64,000 bases of DNA from Candidatus Hydrothermarchaeum profundi (GCA_002011125.2 MTMF02000009.1:1576989-1640988), one strand, 5' to 3'; positions 18,124-29,241 are shown, numbered from the stretch's first letter. The notes: a model not told the origin generated them from the sequence alone. A program made the numbers and translations.

Positions 18124-20076
18124 TCACCTTGGTATCTTATCTAGGATATCTTGGATATGCGGGAATTTATCTTTCATATGCGGAAAGTGCATCGCCATCA
18201 TAAACTCTGTCTGGAAATCAGGATCTACTGTAAGCTCTATATATCTAATTCTTCTCGCTATTTTATCAGCTTCCTTTCTCTTTTGTTTATTTAATAGTGC
18301 TATCCTAGCACCGTCTCCCGCTGCATTCCCGATTGCCTTTACTTTTTTAAGATCACAATCTGGGAACATGCCTATTACCATACTAGCTTCTTTATCTATG
18401 TAACTTCCAAAGGCACCGGCTAATAAAACTCTGTCTACTTCATTTACTCCGTATCTCTTCATTAGAATCTTGCTACCTGTGTAAAGTGCTGCTTTTGCTA
18501 ACTGCATTGCTCTAACGTCGCCTAAGGTAACAGTGATATCTTTATTGATAGAAGTCTCTTCTTTCCAAGCAAGTACGTATTCTGGCTCCCCTTTTTCATT
18601 CTTCCGTATTCTCTTGGTTTTCTCTTGCAAATCCATGTTAAACGTGCCGTTCTTCTTTATTATGCCGGCTTTGAACATCTCAGCTATAACTTCTATTATA
18701 CCAGAGCCGCATATACCTCTCGCATCTATTTTCTCAATATGGGTATGCCAGTCTGCTTTTCCAATTACCTTGTACTTAGGCTCTAATGTCTCGGGATCTA
18801 TTCTAACTCTTTCTATTGCTCCTGGAGCAGCTCTCATACCAAATTTTATCTGTGCTCCCTCAAATGCGGGTCCAGTAGCGCATGATGTAGAAAATAGTTT
18901 TTCTTTGTTTCCTAGAACTATCTCACCATTTGTACCTATATCTATTATAAGTTGAAGAATATCCTTTTTATGAGGCTCTGTTGCAACTACGACACCCATG
19001 TTGTCAGCGCCTACGAAACCGGCCTCGTTAGGCAGTACATGTGCGTATGCCCCTGGAGCTGCCTTTAGACCCATATCCCTCGCCTTTACGTCTACTGAAT
19101 GATGAGTCGCAGGCGGGAATGGAGCAAGTCCTACATATTCAGGATTAATATCTAAGAATATATGGTGCATGCAAGTGTTTCCTACCAACACAAGCTCAAG
19201 GATGTCTTCAGGAGTAAGCCCAACTTCCTTAGTAACGTTTTGTATGATTTTGTTTAATCCCTTCTTGATTGCCTCGTTCATCTTTTTTAGTCCGTCTTCG
19301 TGAGTCATCGCATAAGTAATCCTAGCCATTACGTCCTCTCCATACGGTACTTGAGGATTCATCATAGAATCTACTGCAAGGACCTTGCCGGTATCTAAAT
19401 CTGTTAGATAGCCTACCACAGTAGTTGTACCCACATCTATAGCTAACCCAACTCTCTGCTCATGATATCCTGGTCGGATATTTACGATCTCCTTATCATA
19501 TCTTACATCTACTGTAACTTTCCACTCTCCTTCTCTGAGAACATCAGGCAGTCTCTTTAACACCATGTAATCAATAGTCAAATTCTTTAAATTGTGGATA
19601 TCGCTAAGTCCTGCCATCAGCCTCTCTAAGTCGCCCACCGGATCTTCAAGTGTTGGAGGGTTTAGTTCAAGATAATATTTTTTGATAACTGGATCTAGTC
19701 TTATTTTTATATCGGCAGCAGTCTTTCTGACAATCTGCCCTCCACCCCGGCTTTCCTCCGGTACAAAGACTAATAAGTCGCCATGAATCGTAGTATTACA
19801 GGATAGTCTATAGCCAGATTCGATTTCTTCTTTTGTGAGTTTTTTCTTTTCTTGTTCTAACAGAGGCGATGTATGTTTCATGCTGGATTCAATACCGAAT
19901 TTCTCGAAGAATCCCTCGTGAATCTGCACCTTGCATTTCCCACAAGTTAATTTACCACCGCATACCGACTCGATGTCAACTCCTAATTCTTGAGCGGCCT
20001 CTCTTATCGTTTTTCCGTCTTCTACCTCTCCGCGTCTGCCAGATGGTTGGAAAATGACCTTATGCATCTCCACCAT
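18124..20076 (-). CDS. RACE/ASKHA ATP-dependent corrinoid reductive activator with N-terminal 2Fe-2S
   Basis: CGGKLTCGKC, DVGTTT, DIGTNGE, GPAFEG, GICGSG, LAGAFG. Confidence 0.92.
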   Translation of the reverse strand: MVEMHKVIFQPSGRRGEVEDGKTIREAAQELGVDIESVCGGKLTCGKCKVQIHEGFFEKFGIESSMKHTSPLLEQEKKKLTKEEIESGYRLSCNTTIHGDLLVFVPEESRGGGQIVRKTAADIKIRLDPVIKKYYLELNPPTLEDPVGDLERLMAGLSDIHNLKNLTIDYMVLKRLPDVLREGEWKVTVDVRYDKEIVNIRPGYHEQRVGLAIDVGTTTVVGYLTDLDTGKVLAVDSMMNPQVPYGEDVMARITYAMTHEDGLKKMNEAIKKGLNKIIQNVTKEVGLTPEDILELVLVGNTCMHHIFLDINPEYVGLAPFPPATHHSVDVKARDMGLKAAPGAYAHVLPNEAGFVGADNMGVVVATEPHKKDILQLIIDIGTNGEIVLGNKEKLFSTSCATGPAFEGAQIKFGMRAAPGAIERVRIDPETLEPKYKVIGKADWHTHIEKIDARGICGSGIIEVIAEMFKAGIIKKNGTFNMDLQEKTKRIRKNEKGEPEYVLAWKEETSINKDITVTLGDVRAMQLAKAALYTGSKILMKRYGVNEVDRVLLAGAFGSYIDKEASMVIGMFPDCDLKKVKAIGNAAGDGARIALLNKQKRKEADKIARRIRYIELTVDPDFQTEFMMAMHFPHMKDKFPHIQDILDKIPR

Positions 20077-20078
20077 AC

Positions 20079-20762
20079 TTAGATCTCTCCTTTCTTTTTC
20101 ATTTCTCTCAAGGTTGATACCATCCTTAGGGCTTCTGAAAGAGCATTGCTGGCATCTGGAGCATATCCGTCTGCACCATACTTTTTGGCTATATCCTCGG
20201 ACAAGGGGGCTCCGCCAAGAAGGATCAAGACGTTTGGGTTCTTTTCTTTGATTTTTTCTACTACTTTTTTCATTCCAACCATAGTGGTTGTCATCATAGC
20301 AGACAGAGCGACAATATCAGAATCAGTTCTCATCTGCTCTTCTACGAATTTCTCTAATGGAACATCCTTTCCAAGGTCGTGGACTGTAAATCCAGCAGTT
20401 TCAAACATGAGCTTTACTATGTTCTTTCCTATGTCATGCACGTCTCCTTCTACCGTACCAATGACTACTTCTCCTTTTAACCTCTCTTTACTTTCGTCGA
20501 TCTTGACATGGGGTCTAAGTATATCCAATCCAGCGTAAAGGGCATCTGCGCACATTAGAACTTCTGGAACAAAGTACTCATTTTTCTCAAAGAGATCACC
20601 TACAACTTCCATTCCTGCAGCAAGTCCTTCGAAAATTCCTTCGTTGGCGTCAAACCCGTTTTTTATCCACTCTTCTGCGGCCTTTTTAACCCTCTCTTCA
20701 TCATAATTAATTACCCCCTCCTTGAGTTCCTCTAAAAGCTCCTTCTTTTTATCTTCACTCAT
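20079..20762 (-). CDS. Corrinoid methyl-carrier protein
   Basis: GDVHDIGKN, SAMMTTT, GGAP. Confidence 0.93.
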   Translation of the reverse strand: MSEDKKKELLEELKEGVINYDEERVKKAAEEWIKNGFDANEGIFEGLAAGMEVVGDLFEKNEYFVPEVLMCADALYAGLDILRPHVKIDESKERLKGEVVIGTVEGDVHDIGKNIVKLMFETAGFTVHDLGKDVPLEKFVEEQMRTDSDIVALSAMMTTTMVGMKKVVEKIKEKNPNVLILLGGAPLSEDIAKKYGADGYAPDASNALSEALRMVSTLREMKKKGEI

Positions 20763-20774
20763 TTTACATCACTC

Positions 20775-21797
20775 CTATGAAAGTTTTCCATATTTTTCAG
20801 TAGCTTCAACAAGTGCTTTCATATTTTCTGGTGGAACGTCTGGCCAGATGTCACATCCAGGCCATATGCCGTTAACGCCTTTTTCAATCACATCTTTAAC
20901 CGCATTTTCTACATCTTGTACTGTGCCCTGGACTAGTACATTATAAGGATCTAAGTTACCTAACAATATCGTATCATCCCCTATCTTCTGTCTCGTTTGA
21001 ACTAAATCATTCTTTTGGTCAACACTTATTGCATCTGCGCCACATTCATTCATTAGCTCAACTATTGGATTTGTATTTCCACATATGTGAAGGATCCTTG
21101 GCGCTTCAATTCCTTCTATGGTCTTAATTAAATGAGGCTGAACTAGTGTTTTAAACATTCTGGGACTAATAACATCCGAAGGTGCTCCCATTTCTCTGAT
21201 CGTAATATAATCGGCACCTGCTTCTTTTTCTAGTTTGGCGACTCTGGTAGCAACGTCTACTAATCCAGTTAAAATCCTGTTTACATCATCTGGCCTTTTG
21301 AAAGATATTTTTAGAAGCTCATTAAGATCCATTATCTGCCCGGCTAGAGTGAATGGTCCAAGAACATATGATCCAATTGGAACTTCATCCCCAATATCAT
21401 CTTTAAGCAACCCTATGACCTCTTTAATCATTGGGAGTCTTCCTCTTTCTTCAAGATCATCAGGGATATTAACTTCATCTCCCGCTTTCACCAGCTTTGT
21501 TTTTATAGTTGGATAAAGTATATTGTCCTCAACATGAGCATACCAGTTGATTTCAGATCCCAAAGCCTCTGCTTCTAGACATAAGTCGAATGGCACTACT
21601 GCGCACTCGTACCCATATAGCTTATAAGTTGATGCCGCGAGCTTTGCCATATCTTCCGCGTTTTTATGCACTTCTGCAAACTTTATGTTGTACTTTTTCA
21701 TTCCCTCTACCGTGACGTTCCCCATTCCACTAAAACACGGTACCCGGTCTATTTTTTCCTTTTTAAGTAATCCTAAAACTCTTTCTTTTGGTGTCAT
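20775..21797 (-). CDS. MtaA/CmuA-family methyltransferase
   Basis: HICG, WPGC, EAEALG, GPFT; start placed at MTPKERV (ATG 21797). Confidence 0.9.
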   Translation of the reverse strand: MTPKERVLGLLKKEKIDRVPCFSGMGNVTVEGMKKYNIKFAEVHKNAEDMAKLAASTYKLYGYECAVVPFDLCLEAEALGSEINWYAHVEDNILYPTIKTKLVKAGDEVNIPDDLEERGRLPMIKEVIGLLKDDIGDEVPIGSYVLGPFTLAGQIMDLNELLKISFKRPDDVNRILTGLVDVATRVAKLEKEAGADYITIREMGAPSDVISPRMFKTLVQPHLIKTIEGIEAPRILHICGNTNPIVELMNECGADAISVDQKNDLVQTRQKIGDDTILLGNLDPYNVLVQGTVQDVENAVKDVIEKGVNGIWPGCDIWPDVPPENMKALVEATEKYGKLS

Positions 21798-22031
21798 CTT
21801 ATTTCTCTCCCGATATTCAAAATTTTTCTTCTGCACCATGTGGAACATTTTTTCTTGCTATAGAATATAGAATTCCACATGGTCTTCCTCCTTACCCTCT
21901 CTTAAACTGATATTTAAATTTTACTGATAATTTTAAATACTATTTACAAATAATCACTTATTGGTTGAACAAAAATACATATAAATTGGTATTAAAATTT
22001 ATAAAAATTAGACAAATTCCAAGGGAAGAAT

Positions 22032-22541
22032 ATGTTAAAGATAGATGAAAAAGATATAAAAATTTTAAGATGCATTGACGAAGTAGGAAACTCAAATATC
22101 GATGAAATTGCTAAGATGACCAATATCTCCCGCTCCACTATTCACTACAGACTGAAGAAATACCAAGAGTCAGGTATAATTAAGGGAACATTAGTGGATT
22201 TAGACCCTATAGAACTTGGATTAGATATAACCGCGATAATCCTCGTAAATGCCGTTTATGAGAAGATATATGCAGAAGAACTTGGAGAAAAGCTATCAAA
22301 AATACCGGGTGTTATATCTGTATATTATGTTCTTGGTGGAGTAGACTTTATACTTATTTGCAAAGCTATGGACCGAGAAGACCTCAAAAGAGTTTTAAGA
22401 GACATCAACTCAACGGAAGGTGTAATAAGGACAGGGACCCACTTTGTCGCTGCAACTATCAAAGAAGAGAAAAGGATCTTAGTTAATTACCCAGAAGAAA
22501 TGCTTAAAAAACTTTTTTATTCTAAGTTGAACAGGAAGTGA
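22032..22541 (+). CDS. Lrp/AsnC-family regulator
   Basis: IDEKD.KIL, HTH, G.D RAM domain. Confidence 0.88.
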   Translation: MLKIDEKDIKILRCIDEVGNSNIDEIAKMTNISRSTIHYRLKKYQESGIIKGTLVDLDPIELGLDITAIILVNAVYEKIYAEELGEKLSKIPGVISVYYVLGGVDFILICKAMDREDLKRVLRDINSTEGVIRTGTHFVAATIKEEKRILVNYPEEMLKKLFYSKLNRK

Positions 22542-22547
22542 ATTCTT

Positions 22548-23549
22548 ATGACACCCAAAGAGAGATTTATGAAGGCTCTGAACCTTCAAAAAGTTGACAG
22601 GCCACCTGTCACCTGCGCTAATCAAACCGCCACCCTTGATCAAATGGAGAAAATAGGGATTTACTGGCCAGAGGCGCACAAAGACCCTTTCAAAATGGCT
22701 AGATTAGCTGCGGCTGCGTGGGAACAATTAGGACTAGAAGGCGCTGGAGTCCCCTTTTGTCAAACAGTTGAAGCAGAAATTTTTGGATGCGAGATAAAAT
22801 GGGGCAGAAAGAAGACAGATATTCCTCAGGCACCCTCTAAGGGATACAAATCCCCTGATGGAGTAAAGGTTCCAGAAAACATTTTAGAGAAAGGCAGAAT
22901 CCCGGTTGTCCTGAAAGCTATTGAGCTACTTAGCGATAAATATGGAGGAGAAATCCCCATATATGGGCATGTGATAGGCCCTTTCTCCCTAGCAGCACAT
23001 TTAGCAGGAATGGAAAAGATCATGGTAACCGCATTCAAGAACCCAGATGTTGTTAACGAGTTCACTCATCTCGGGGTTGATACTATAGCTGAATACGGGA
23101 ATGCGATGTTTGATCATGGAGCAGATGTAGTAGTAATAGAGAATATGTTTGCTTCTGTAGATATAATGGGGCCCCAAGGGTATGCTAGAGTGGCTGCTCC
23201 ATATGATAAGGAATTGATAAACAAGTTGAAGGGACCTACAGTACTCCATGTATGTGGAAATGGGACTTTGATCATAGAAGACATGATAAAGACGGGTGCA
23301 ACATGTATAAGCATCGATAGTAGAACCGATGCTAAAAAATCGGTTATTGCTGCAAAGAGGAAGGCTGCAATAATGGGGAATGTGGATACCATGAAGGTTC
23401 TCACGTATGGAACACCTGAGGGAGTGAAAACTGATACTATGAGGGCAATCGAAGCAGGTATCGACATAGTTGCTCCGGGTTGCGCTATTTCTCCTTTAAC
23501 TCCTAACAAGAATCTAAAGGCGATGGTGGATACCGTTAAGATGTTATAA
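22548..23549 (+). CDS. MtaA/CmuA-family methyltransferase
   Basis: WPEAH, PFCQTVEAE, HVCG, APGC. Confidence 0.9.
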   Translation: MTPKERFMKALNLQKVDRPPVTCANQTATLDQMEKIGIYWPEAHKDPFKMARLAAAAWEQLGLEGAGVPFCQTVEAEIFGCEIKWGRKKTDIPQAPSKGYKSPDGVKVPENILEKGRIPVVLKAIELLSDKYGGEIPIYGHVIGPFSLAAHLAGMEKIMVTAFKNPDVVNEFTHLGVDTIAEYGNAMFDHGADVVVIENMFASVDIMGPQGYARVAAPYDKELINKLKGPTVLHVCGNGTLIIEDMIKTGATCISIDSRTDAKKSVIAAKRKAAIMGNVDTMKVLTYGTPEGVKTDTMRAIEAGIDIVAPGCAISPLTPNKNLKAMVDTVKML

Positions 23550-23617
23550 AAACCATTTCGCTACTTTTTTATATTAAACTCTCAATTAACCACAAGTAAG
23601 TTGACGTAGTGATAAAA

Positions 23618-25336
23618 ATGGCAAGAGTCAGAATTACCGATACTACCTTTAGAGATTCTCATCAATCCCTCCTCGCTACTAGAATGAGGATGAGGGATAT
23701 GATCCCCATCATCGAAAAAATGGACGAGGTAGGATTCTTCTCCTTGGAAGTGTGGGGTGGTGCAACTTTTGATTCATGTATACGATATCTGAATGAGGAT
23801 CCCTGGGAAAGGATAAGAACTTTCAAAAAATATATGAAAAAGACTCCTACCCAAATGCTCTTACGAGGACAGAATCTTGTGGGTTATAGACATTATCCTG
23901 ATGATATCGTAGAAAAATTTGTCGTAAAATCTGCAGAAAACGGAGTGGATATATTTAGGATTTTTGATGCACTCAACGATATAAGAAACATGGAATTTTC
24001 AATAAAGATAGCGAAAAGAGAAGAAGCACATGTTCAAGGAGCAATTTGTTATACAATTAGCCCTGTTCATACTATTGAGTCCTTTGTGGATATGGCGAGG
24101 AAGTTAGAAGAACTGGAATGCGACTCTCTGTGCATAAAAGATATGGCAGGATTGATCTCCCCAAAGGCATCTTACGATCTCATTAAAGCCTTAAAAAAAG
24201 AAATAAGTATACCTATAGACCTTCATTCCCATTGCACCTCTGGTATGGCTCCAATAAGCTATTATTCCGCATGCCAAGCCGGGGTGGATATACTAGATAC
24301 TGCTCTTTCACCTCTCGCTTGGGGGACCTCACAGCCTCCAACAGAGAGTATAATCGCCTCGCTCAAGGGGACTCCATATGACACCGGGCTTGATTTAGGT
24401 GCTTTAGAGGAGGCAACTGCTTATTTCAAGGAGATTCGGCAAAAATATTCTAGCTTAATAGATCCAATATCGGAACTCGTGGATATAAACGTCCTTCTTT
24501 ATCAGATTCCTGGAGGAATGTTATCTAACCTTATATCACAATTAAAAGAACAGAATGCTTTAGATAAATATGATGAGGTTTTGGAAGAAACGCCGAGAGT
24601 TAGAGCAGACCTCGGATACCCTCCCCTTGTCACTCCGAGTAGTCAGATAGTTGGTATTCAGGCTGTGATGAATGTAATACTTGGAGAGAGATACAAGGCG
24701 ATCACTAAAGAAGTTAAAGATTATGTGAAGGGTTTATACGGTAAACCTCCCGGGCAGATAAATGACAGTTTAAAGGCAAAGATCCTCGGAGATGAGGAAC
24801 CCATTGAGGTAAGGCCTGCTGACCTACTTGAGCCTCAGTATGAATTAATGAAGAGAGAGGCTGAAAAACTTGGTATTGTAAAGAAAGAGGAAGATATACT
24901 AACCTACGCATTATTTCCATCTATTGCCCCTAAGTTCTTAAAAGGGGAAATCCGAGAAGAACCGTTGAAACCTCCAGCAGAACAGGCTGCCTCTGAACAA
25001 GGAATACCCACAGAATTTAGAGTCGAAGTAGATGGAGAATCTTATTCAGTGAAAGTGGAGCCTATTGGAGGTTTTATGGATATCGCAGAAATTGAGAAAA
25101 AAAAGGTACCATCAAAGCCCTCAGAAGGAGCCGTAATTGCTCCAATGCAGGGCCTAGTTTTGAAGTTAAAGGTTAAAGTAGGTCAAACTGTTAAAAAAGG
25201 GGATGTCGTAGCTGTATTAGAAGCAATGAAGATGCAAAATGATGTCCATGCTCATAAGAGTGGTATCGTAGAAGAAATATTCGTTACAGAAGGATCGACG
25301 ATACCAGCTGGAACCGCGCTTATGGTGATAAAATAA
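23618..25336 (+). CDS. pycB: Pyruvate carboxylase subunit B (carboxyltransferase plus biotin carrier)
   Basis: RDSHQSL, WGGATFD, PGGM, EAMKM. Confidence 0.93.
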   Translation: MARVRITDTTFRDSHQSLLATRMRMRDMIPIIEKMDEVGFFSLEVWGGATFDSCIRYLNEDPWERIRTFKKYMKKTPTQMLLRGQNLVGYRHYPDDIVEKFVVKSAENGVDIFRIFDALNDIRNMEFSIKIAKREEAHVQGAICYTISPVHTIESFVDMARKLEELECDSLCIKDMAGLISPKASYDLIKALKKEISIPIDLHSHCTSGMAPISYYSACQAGVDILDTALSPLAWGTSQPPTESIIASLKGTPYDTGLDLGALEEATAYFKEIRQKYSSLIDPISELVDINVLLYQIPGGMLSNLISQLKEQNALDKYDEVLEETPRVRADLGYPPLVTPSSQIVGIQAVMNVILGERYKAITKEVKDYVKGLYGKPPGQINDSLKAKILGDEEPIEVRPADLLEPQYELMKREAEKLGIVKKEEDILTYALFPSIAPKFLKGEIREEPLKPPAEQAASEQGIPTEFRVEVDGESYSVKVEPIGGFMDIAEIEKKKVPSKPSEGAVIAPMQGLVLKLKVKVGQTVKKGDVVAVLEAMKMQNDVHAHKSGIVEEIFVTEGSTIPAGTALMVIK

Positions 25337-25358
25337 ATTCTAAAATATTTAGTGGGAG

Positions 25359-25829
25359 GTGGAAGCCATGGTATTCCAAAAATTGCTGTCAGGTAAAGAT
25401 ACTGTCAAGTTTGTTGAGAATATAATTTATGAAAAAAAGCAGATCCAAGATGTAGGAGTTGATCTTACTGTAAATTCTATAAGCATACTTCAAGGTCCGG
25501 GTTCCGTCGACTTTGGCGGGAGTGAATTCAAGAGAGGTGAATTGAAAAAGTATCCTTTCTGGAAGCCTGAAGGAGAAAAGTATGGTTGGTGGCATCTTGG
25601 AGCTGGGCAATACATTGTGACATATAATGAAAAAATAAATATCCCTAAAGGATGGATAGGAGTACTCCAACCTCTAGACCGTATTATTGAGAACGAATGC
25701 TTCCATCCTACTTTAGTTATCTCTGGTACTAAGCACCCGCTTAATACTGTACTTAGCGTTGGAGCAGCAGGTATAAATATAAAACAAAACGCTAGGATTT
25801 CGAGGTTACTGCTTTTCAAAGTGGAATAA
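25359..25829 (+). CDS. dCTP deaminase/dUTPase-like protein
   Basis: QIQ..GVDLT, G.Y.V.YNE, NARI. Confidence 0.65.
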   Translation: MEAMVFQKLLSGKDTVKFVENIIYEKKQIQDVGVDLTVNSISILQGPGSVDFGGSEFKRGELKKYPFWKPEGEKYGWWHLGAGQYIVTYNEKINIPKGWIGVLQPLDRIIENECFHPTLVISGTKHPLNTVLSVGAAGINIKQNARISRLLLFKVE

Positions 25830-25885
25830 TCCGAAGACTGAAAAAGAAATCTTTTTTTATATATGAACTAATTAAAAAAAATACT

Positions 25886-27379
25886 ATGTTTGATAAGGTT
25901 CTAGTAGCTAACAGAGGGGAAATAGCTATTCGTATAATGAGAGCATGCAGAGAGCTCGATATTAAAACAGTGGGAGTTTTCTCGGAAGCAGATAAATATT
26001 CTCTTCACGCTAAGTATGCAGACGAGGCGTATTTCATAGGCCCTTCCCCACCTAGCCAAAGCTATCTTAATATTGATACGATAATAGATGTAGCCCTTAA
26101 ATCAGGAGCTGAGGCAATCCATCCGGGATACGGCTTTCTCGCAGAAAACTGGAAGTTCGCTAAGGCATGTGAAGACGCTGGGATTAAGTTTATTGGCCCT
26201 AGCAGCACTGCAATAAAAAAAATGGGAGATAAAATTGAGGCAAGAAAAATAATGAAAAAGGCAGGCGTACCTATAGTTCCCGGATCAGATGACAAAATTG
26301 AAAATGCTGATGAAGTCTTAGAGATTGTTGAAGAAATTGGATTCCCCATCGTGTTAAAAGCTTCTGCAGGTGGAGGGGGAATTGGGATGAAAATAGTTAA
26401 AAGAGAGGAGGATCTTCAGCGGATTATTGATTCCACTAAATCTGTTTCGAAATCCGCGTTTGGGGATGGCACGCTCTTCGTAGAAAAATACCTACAAGAT
26501 CCCAGGCATATTGAATTTCAGATCCTTGCAGATGACAAAGGTAATACGATTCATATAAATGAGAGGGAGTGCACTATCCAGCGACGGCATCAAAAGCTTA
26601 TTGAAGAAACGCCGTCGCCAATCATGACCGAAGATTTAAGAAACGAGATTGGTGCATTAGCTGTTAAGGCGGCAAAATCTATCAACTACGAAAATGCAGG
26701 TACTGTTGAATTCATATACTCGGAGGGCAACTTTTATTTTTTAGAGATGAACACCCGGTTACAAGTTGAACATCCAATAACAGAGCATACAACAGGAATA
26801 GACCTCGTTAAAGAGCAGCTAAGGATAGCTGCCGGGGAAGGAATGAGTCAAACTCAAGATGAAGTGGTAATGCGGGGCCACGCAATGGAGTGCCGAATAA
26901 ACGCAGAGGATCCCTTAAATGACTTTACACCTTCCCCAGGAAAAATTACTAAATATCGATCTCCTGGTGGACCCGGTGTGAGAGTTGATTCTGGTGTTAG
27001 GATGGGATATACTATTTCACCTCACTATGACCCTATGATCTCCAAGCTCACAGTCTGGGGTAGGAATAGAGAGGAAGTCATAGCAAGGATGAAAAGGGCT
27101 TTAAGTGAATATATTATTGCAGGTGTAACAACTAATATACCATTTCATAAAGCTGTAATGGACAATGAGGCCTTCAGAAGAGGGAAAATAACAACTAACT
27201 TTATCGAAGAGCAGAATATAATAAAAGAGATACCTAAAGTAATAGAGGCCGATAGAGTCAGAGAAGCACGATTAGCTGATTTCTTCAGAGAAGATAGACG
27301 AGTAGTAGCAATATCTACTGCAGTAAGTTCCTATATGGAGATGGCCAAAAGAAAGCAACAGCCCAAAGGTGAAGGATAA
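25886..27379 (+). CDS. pycA: Pyruvate carboxylase subunit A (biotin carboxylase)
   Basis: [33 protein letters not shown]. Confidence 0.93.
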   Translation: MFDKVLVANRGEIAIRIMRACRELDIKTVGVFSEADKYSLHAKYADEAYFIGPSPPSQSYLNIDTIIDVALKSGAEAIHPGYGFLAENWKFAKACEDAGIKFIGPSSTAIKKMGDKIEARKIMKKAGVPIVPGSDDKIENADEVLEIVEEIGFPIVLKASAGGGGIGMKIVKREEDLQRIIDSTKSVSKSAFGDGTLFVEKYLQDPRHIEFQILADDKGNTIHINERECTIQRRHQKLIEETPSPIMTEDLRNEIGALAVKAAKSINYENAGTVEFIYSEGNFYFLEMNTRLQVEHPITEHTTGIDLVKEQLRIAAGEGMSQTQDEVVMRGHAMECRINAEDPLNDFTPSPGKITKYRSPGGPGVRVDSGVRMGYTISPHYDPMISKLTVWGRNREEVIARMKRALSEYIIAGVTTNIPFHKAVMDNEAFRRGKITTNFIEEQNIIKEIPKVIEADRVREARLADFFREDRRVVAISTAVSSYMEMAKRKQQPKGEG

Positions 27380-27406
27380 GATTCTAAATATTTCTAAGTG
27401 TTTACT

Positions 27407-29104
27407 CTACTCGCATTTAAGGGTTCTTAACCTGTTTATCGCGGCTGCAATTTCATATTTCCGGGGACATGCATAATCCCCCGAAGGCATGCTTAATACT
27501 GAGGATAACCCCTCGTTAGAGATTTTATTATCAATTATATCAAGAGCCTCACTCAAAGTTTTGCCATTAAAAAGGTTCTTACCCATATACCACATTATAT
27601 CGCCTATGCTCTTTATTTGAGGTAGCTCTACGATCTGATGTATTTTTGAAAGATCTATAGTTTGATAACCGAATTGGATTGCATTAGTAGACGCTCTTAT
27701 TTTTACCTTGCCTGATCTTTTAGGATCTATGCTACTTTTAAGAGGCTTTCTAGGTTTTATACTTCCAAATTTCTCCCCTCCTTCCAGTATCCTATCAACC
27801 CTATACCGTTGAGCAATCTCTTTAGCCTTTTTTGTGACATCTCGTGGAATATAATTATCCATCATTATCACAGTGTCCGCTACATCAAAGTAATCTCCAG
27901 AACCTCCCATTACTAGTATCGTAGAAACTCCCCTTTCCAGGTATAACGTACGTATCTTATCAATTAGCGGCGTTATTGGCTCTTTTTCTTTCGATACCAA
28001 TTCTTGCATTCTTTTATCTCTGATCATAAAATTTGTTGCAGAGGTATCTTCATCTATTAACAACAATTTAGCGCCTATTTCGAGAGCTTCAATAATATTA
28101 GCCGCCTGTGAGGTGCTTCCTGAAGCGTCTGAAGTACTAAAAGATTTTGTATCTACATTCGACGGTAGATTGGATATGAATGGAGAAATATCTACATTCT
28201 CAACATATCGCCCATCCTCAGCTCTAATTAAAACCGCATCATATATGGTTATAACAAACTCTCTTCCATCTCCAGGCAGGTGATTATAAACTCCCTTAGA
28301 TATCGCATCTAGAAGTGTGGATTTACCATGGTATCCCCCACCTACAATCAAAGTTATCCCCTCAGGAATACCTAATCCCTTAATTTTCCTGGAATTTGGA
28401 GTTTCAAATTCTACCTCAAGTTCCGGCGGAGATCTAAAATATACCACACCACTTTTCTTAGGAGTATCAACTACCCCACTCTGCCTTGGCAAAATAGATC
28501 CATTAGCAATAAAGGCTACAAGTCTGTACTCCTTAAGCTGGGATCGAATATAAGATGCATCCTCGACTATTTCAATATGGTTTTTAAGCTCGCTTTCAGG
28601 TAGATTTTTATAAAAAAGTGAACGATTAACTATACTCGGGATTTCATTGAAAAACATCTCAACCGCCTCTCTGCCTAGGATTTTCCTACCCTCAGCTGGC
28701 AGTCCGATGAAGAAGGAGGCCTCTGTATACTCTCTGTTAACCTCCACCGATGTCCTCTCTAATACTGCCTGACCACACTTAACTATCTCGATTACACCGC
28801 TTCTCCCAGTACCCCTTCGGCCTTTAGAAATCTTTAGTATAGAATCCGCAAATCTCCTTGTTAGATAATCTTCAATCGCAATTTTTCGCACTTTATTTTG
28901 GTAAAGTTCAATAGGAAATTTCCCTAACTCCTGGTAAACCCTAGCTCGTATCCTGCTGGGAGATGCAAAAGGGTCTCCTTGAACATGATCAATGAATATA
29001 AGAAAATCCCCGTAGTCATAGGCGCCTCTTATATTCTTATAGGCTTTATATCCCCTACCATCTATCTTCATTAATATCTCTCTCAACTTTTTGGCACTTC
29101 GCAA
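27407..29104 (-). CDS. Predicted ABC-class ATPase of unknown function
   Basis: QGDPFA, GGGYHGKST, ASGSTSQA, DEDTSATNFM. Confidence 0.85.
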   Translation of the reverse strand: MRSAKKLREILMKIDGRGYKAYKNIRGAYDYGDFLIFIDHVQGDPFASPSRIRARVYQELGKFPIELYQNKVRKIAIEDYLTRRFADSILKISKGRRGTGRSGVIEIVKCGQAVLERTSVEVNREYTEASFFIGLPAEGRKILGREAVEMFFNEIPSIVNRSLFYKNLPESELKNHIEIVEDASYIRSQLKEYRLVAFIANGSILPRQSGVVDTPKKSGVVYFRSPPELEVEFETPNSRKIKGLGIPEGITLIVGGGYHGKSTLLDAISKGVYNHLPGDGREFVITIYDAVLIRAEDGRYVENVDISPFISNLPSNVDTKSFSTSDASGSTSQAANIIEALEIGAKLLLIDEDTSATNFMIRDKRMQELVSKEKEPITPLIDKIRTLYLERGVSTILVMGGSGDYFDVADTVIMMDNYIPRDVTKKAKEIAQRYRVDRILEGGEKFGSIKPRKPLKSSIDPKRSGKVKIRASTNAIQFGYQTIDLSKIHQIVELPQIKSIGDIMWYMGKNLFNGKTLSEALDIIDNKISNEGLSSVLSMPSGDYACPRKYEIAAAINRLRTLKCE

Positions 29105-29241
29105 TCTGATTCACCTGTTACTTCAAGTCTTAACCGCACTTGGATCTATAACGCTTTAAGTTTATTGCTTTCCAGTTTTAAAATAGAATATCAGACTTAT
29201 TACAATTATATTTTAAAACGAAAAATATAACAATTAAAGTT

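Noticed and set aside
7746-23549. Pyrrolysine-dependent methylamine methyltransferases or methanogenesis
   Set aside because: The methyltransferases are full-length UroD-fold ORFs needing no read-through; no mttB/mtbB/mtmB, pyl or mcr genes seen
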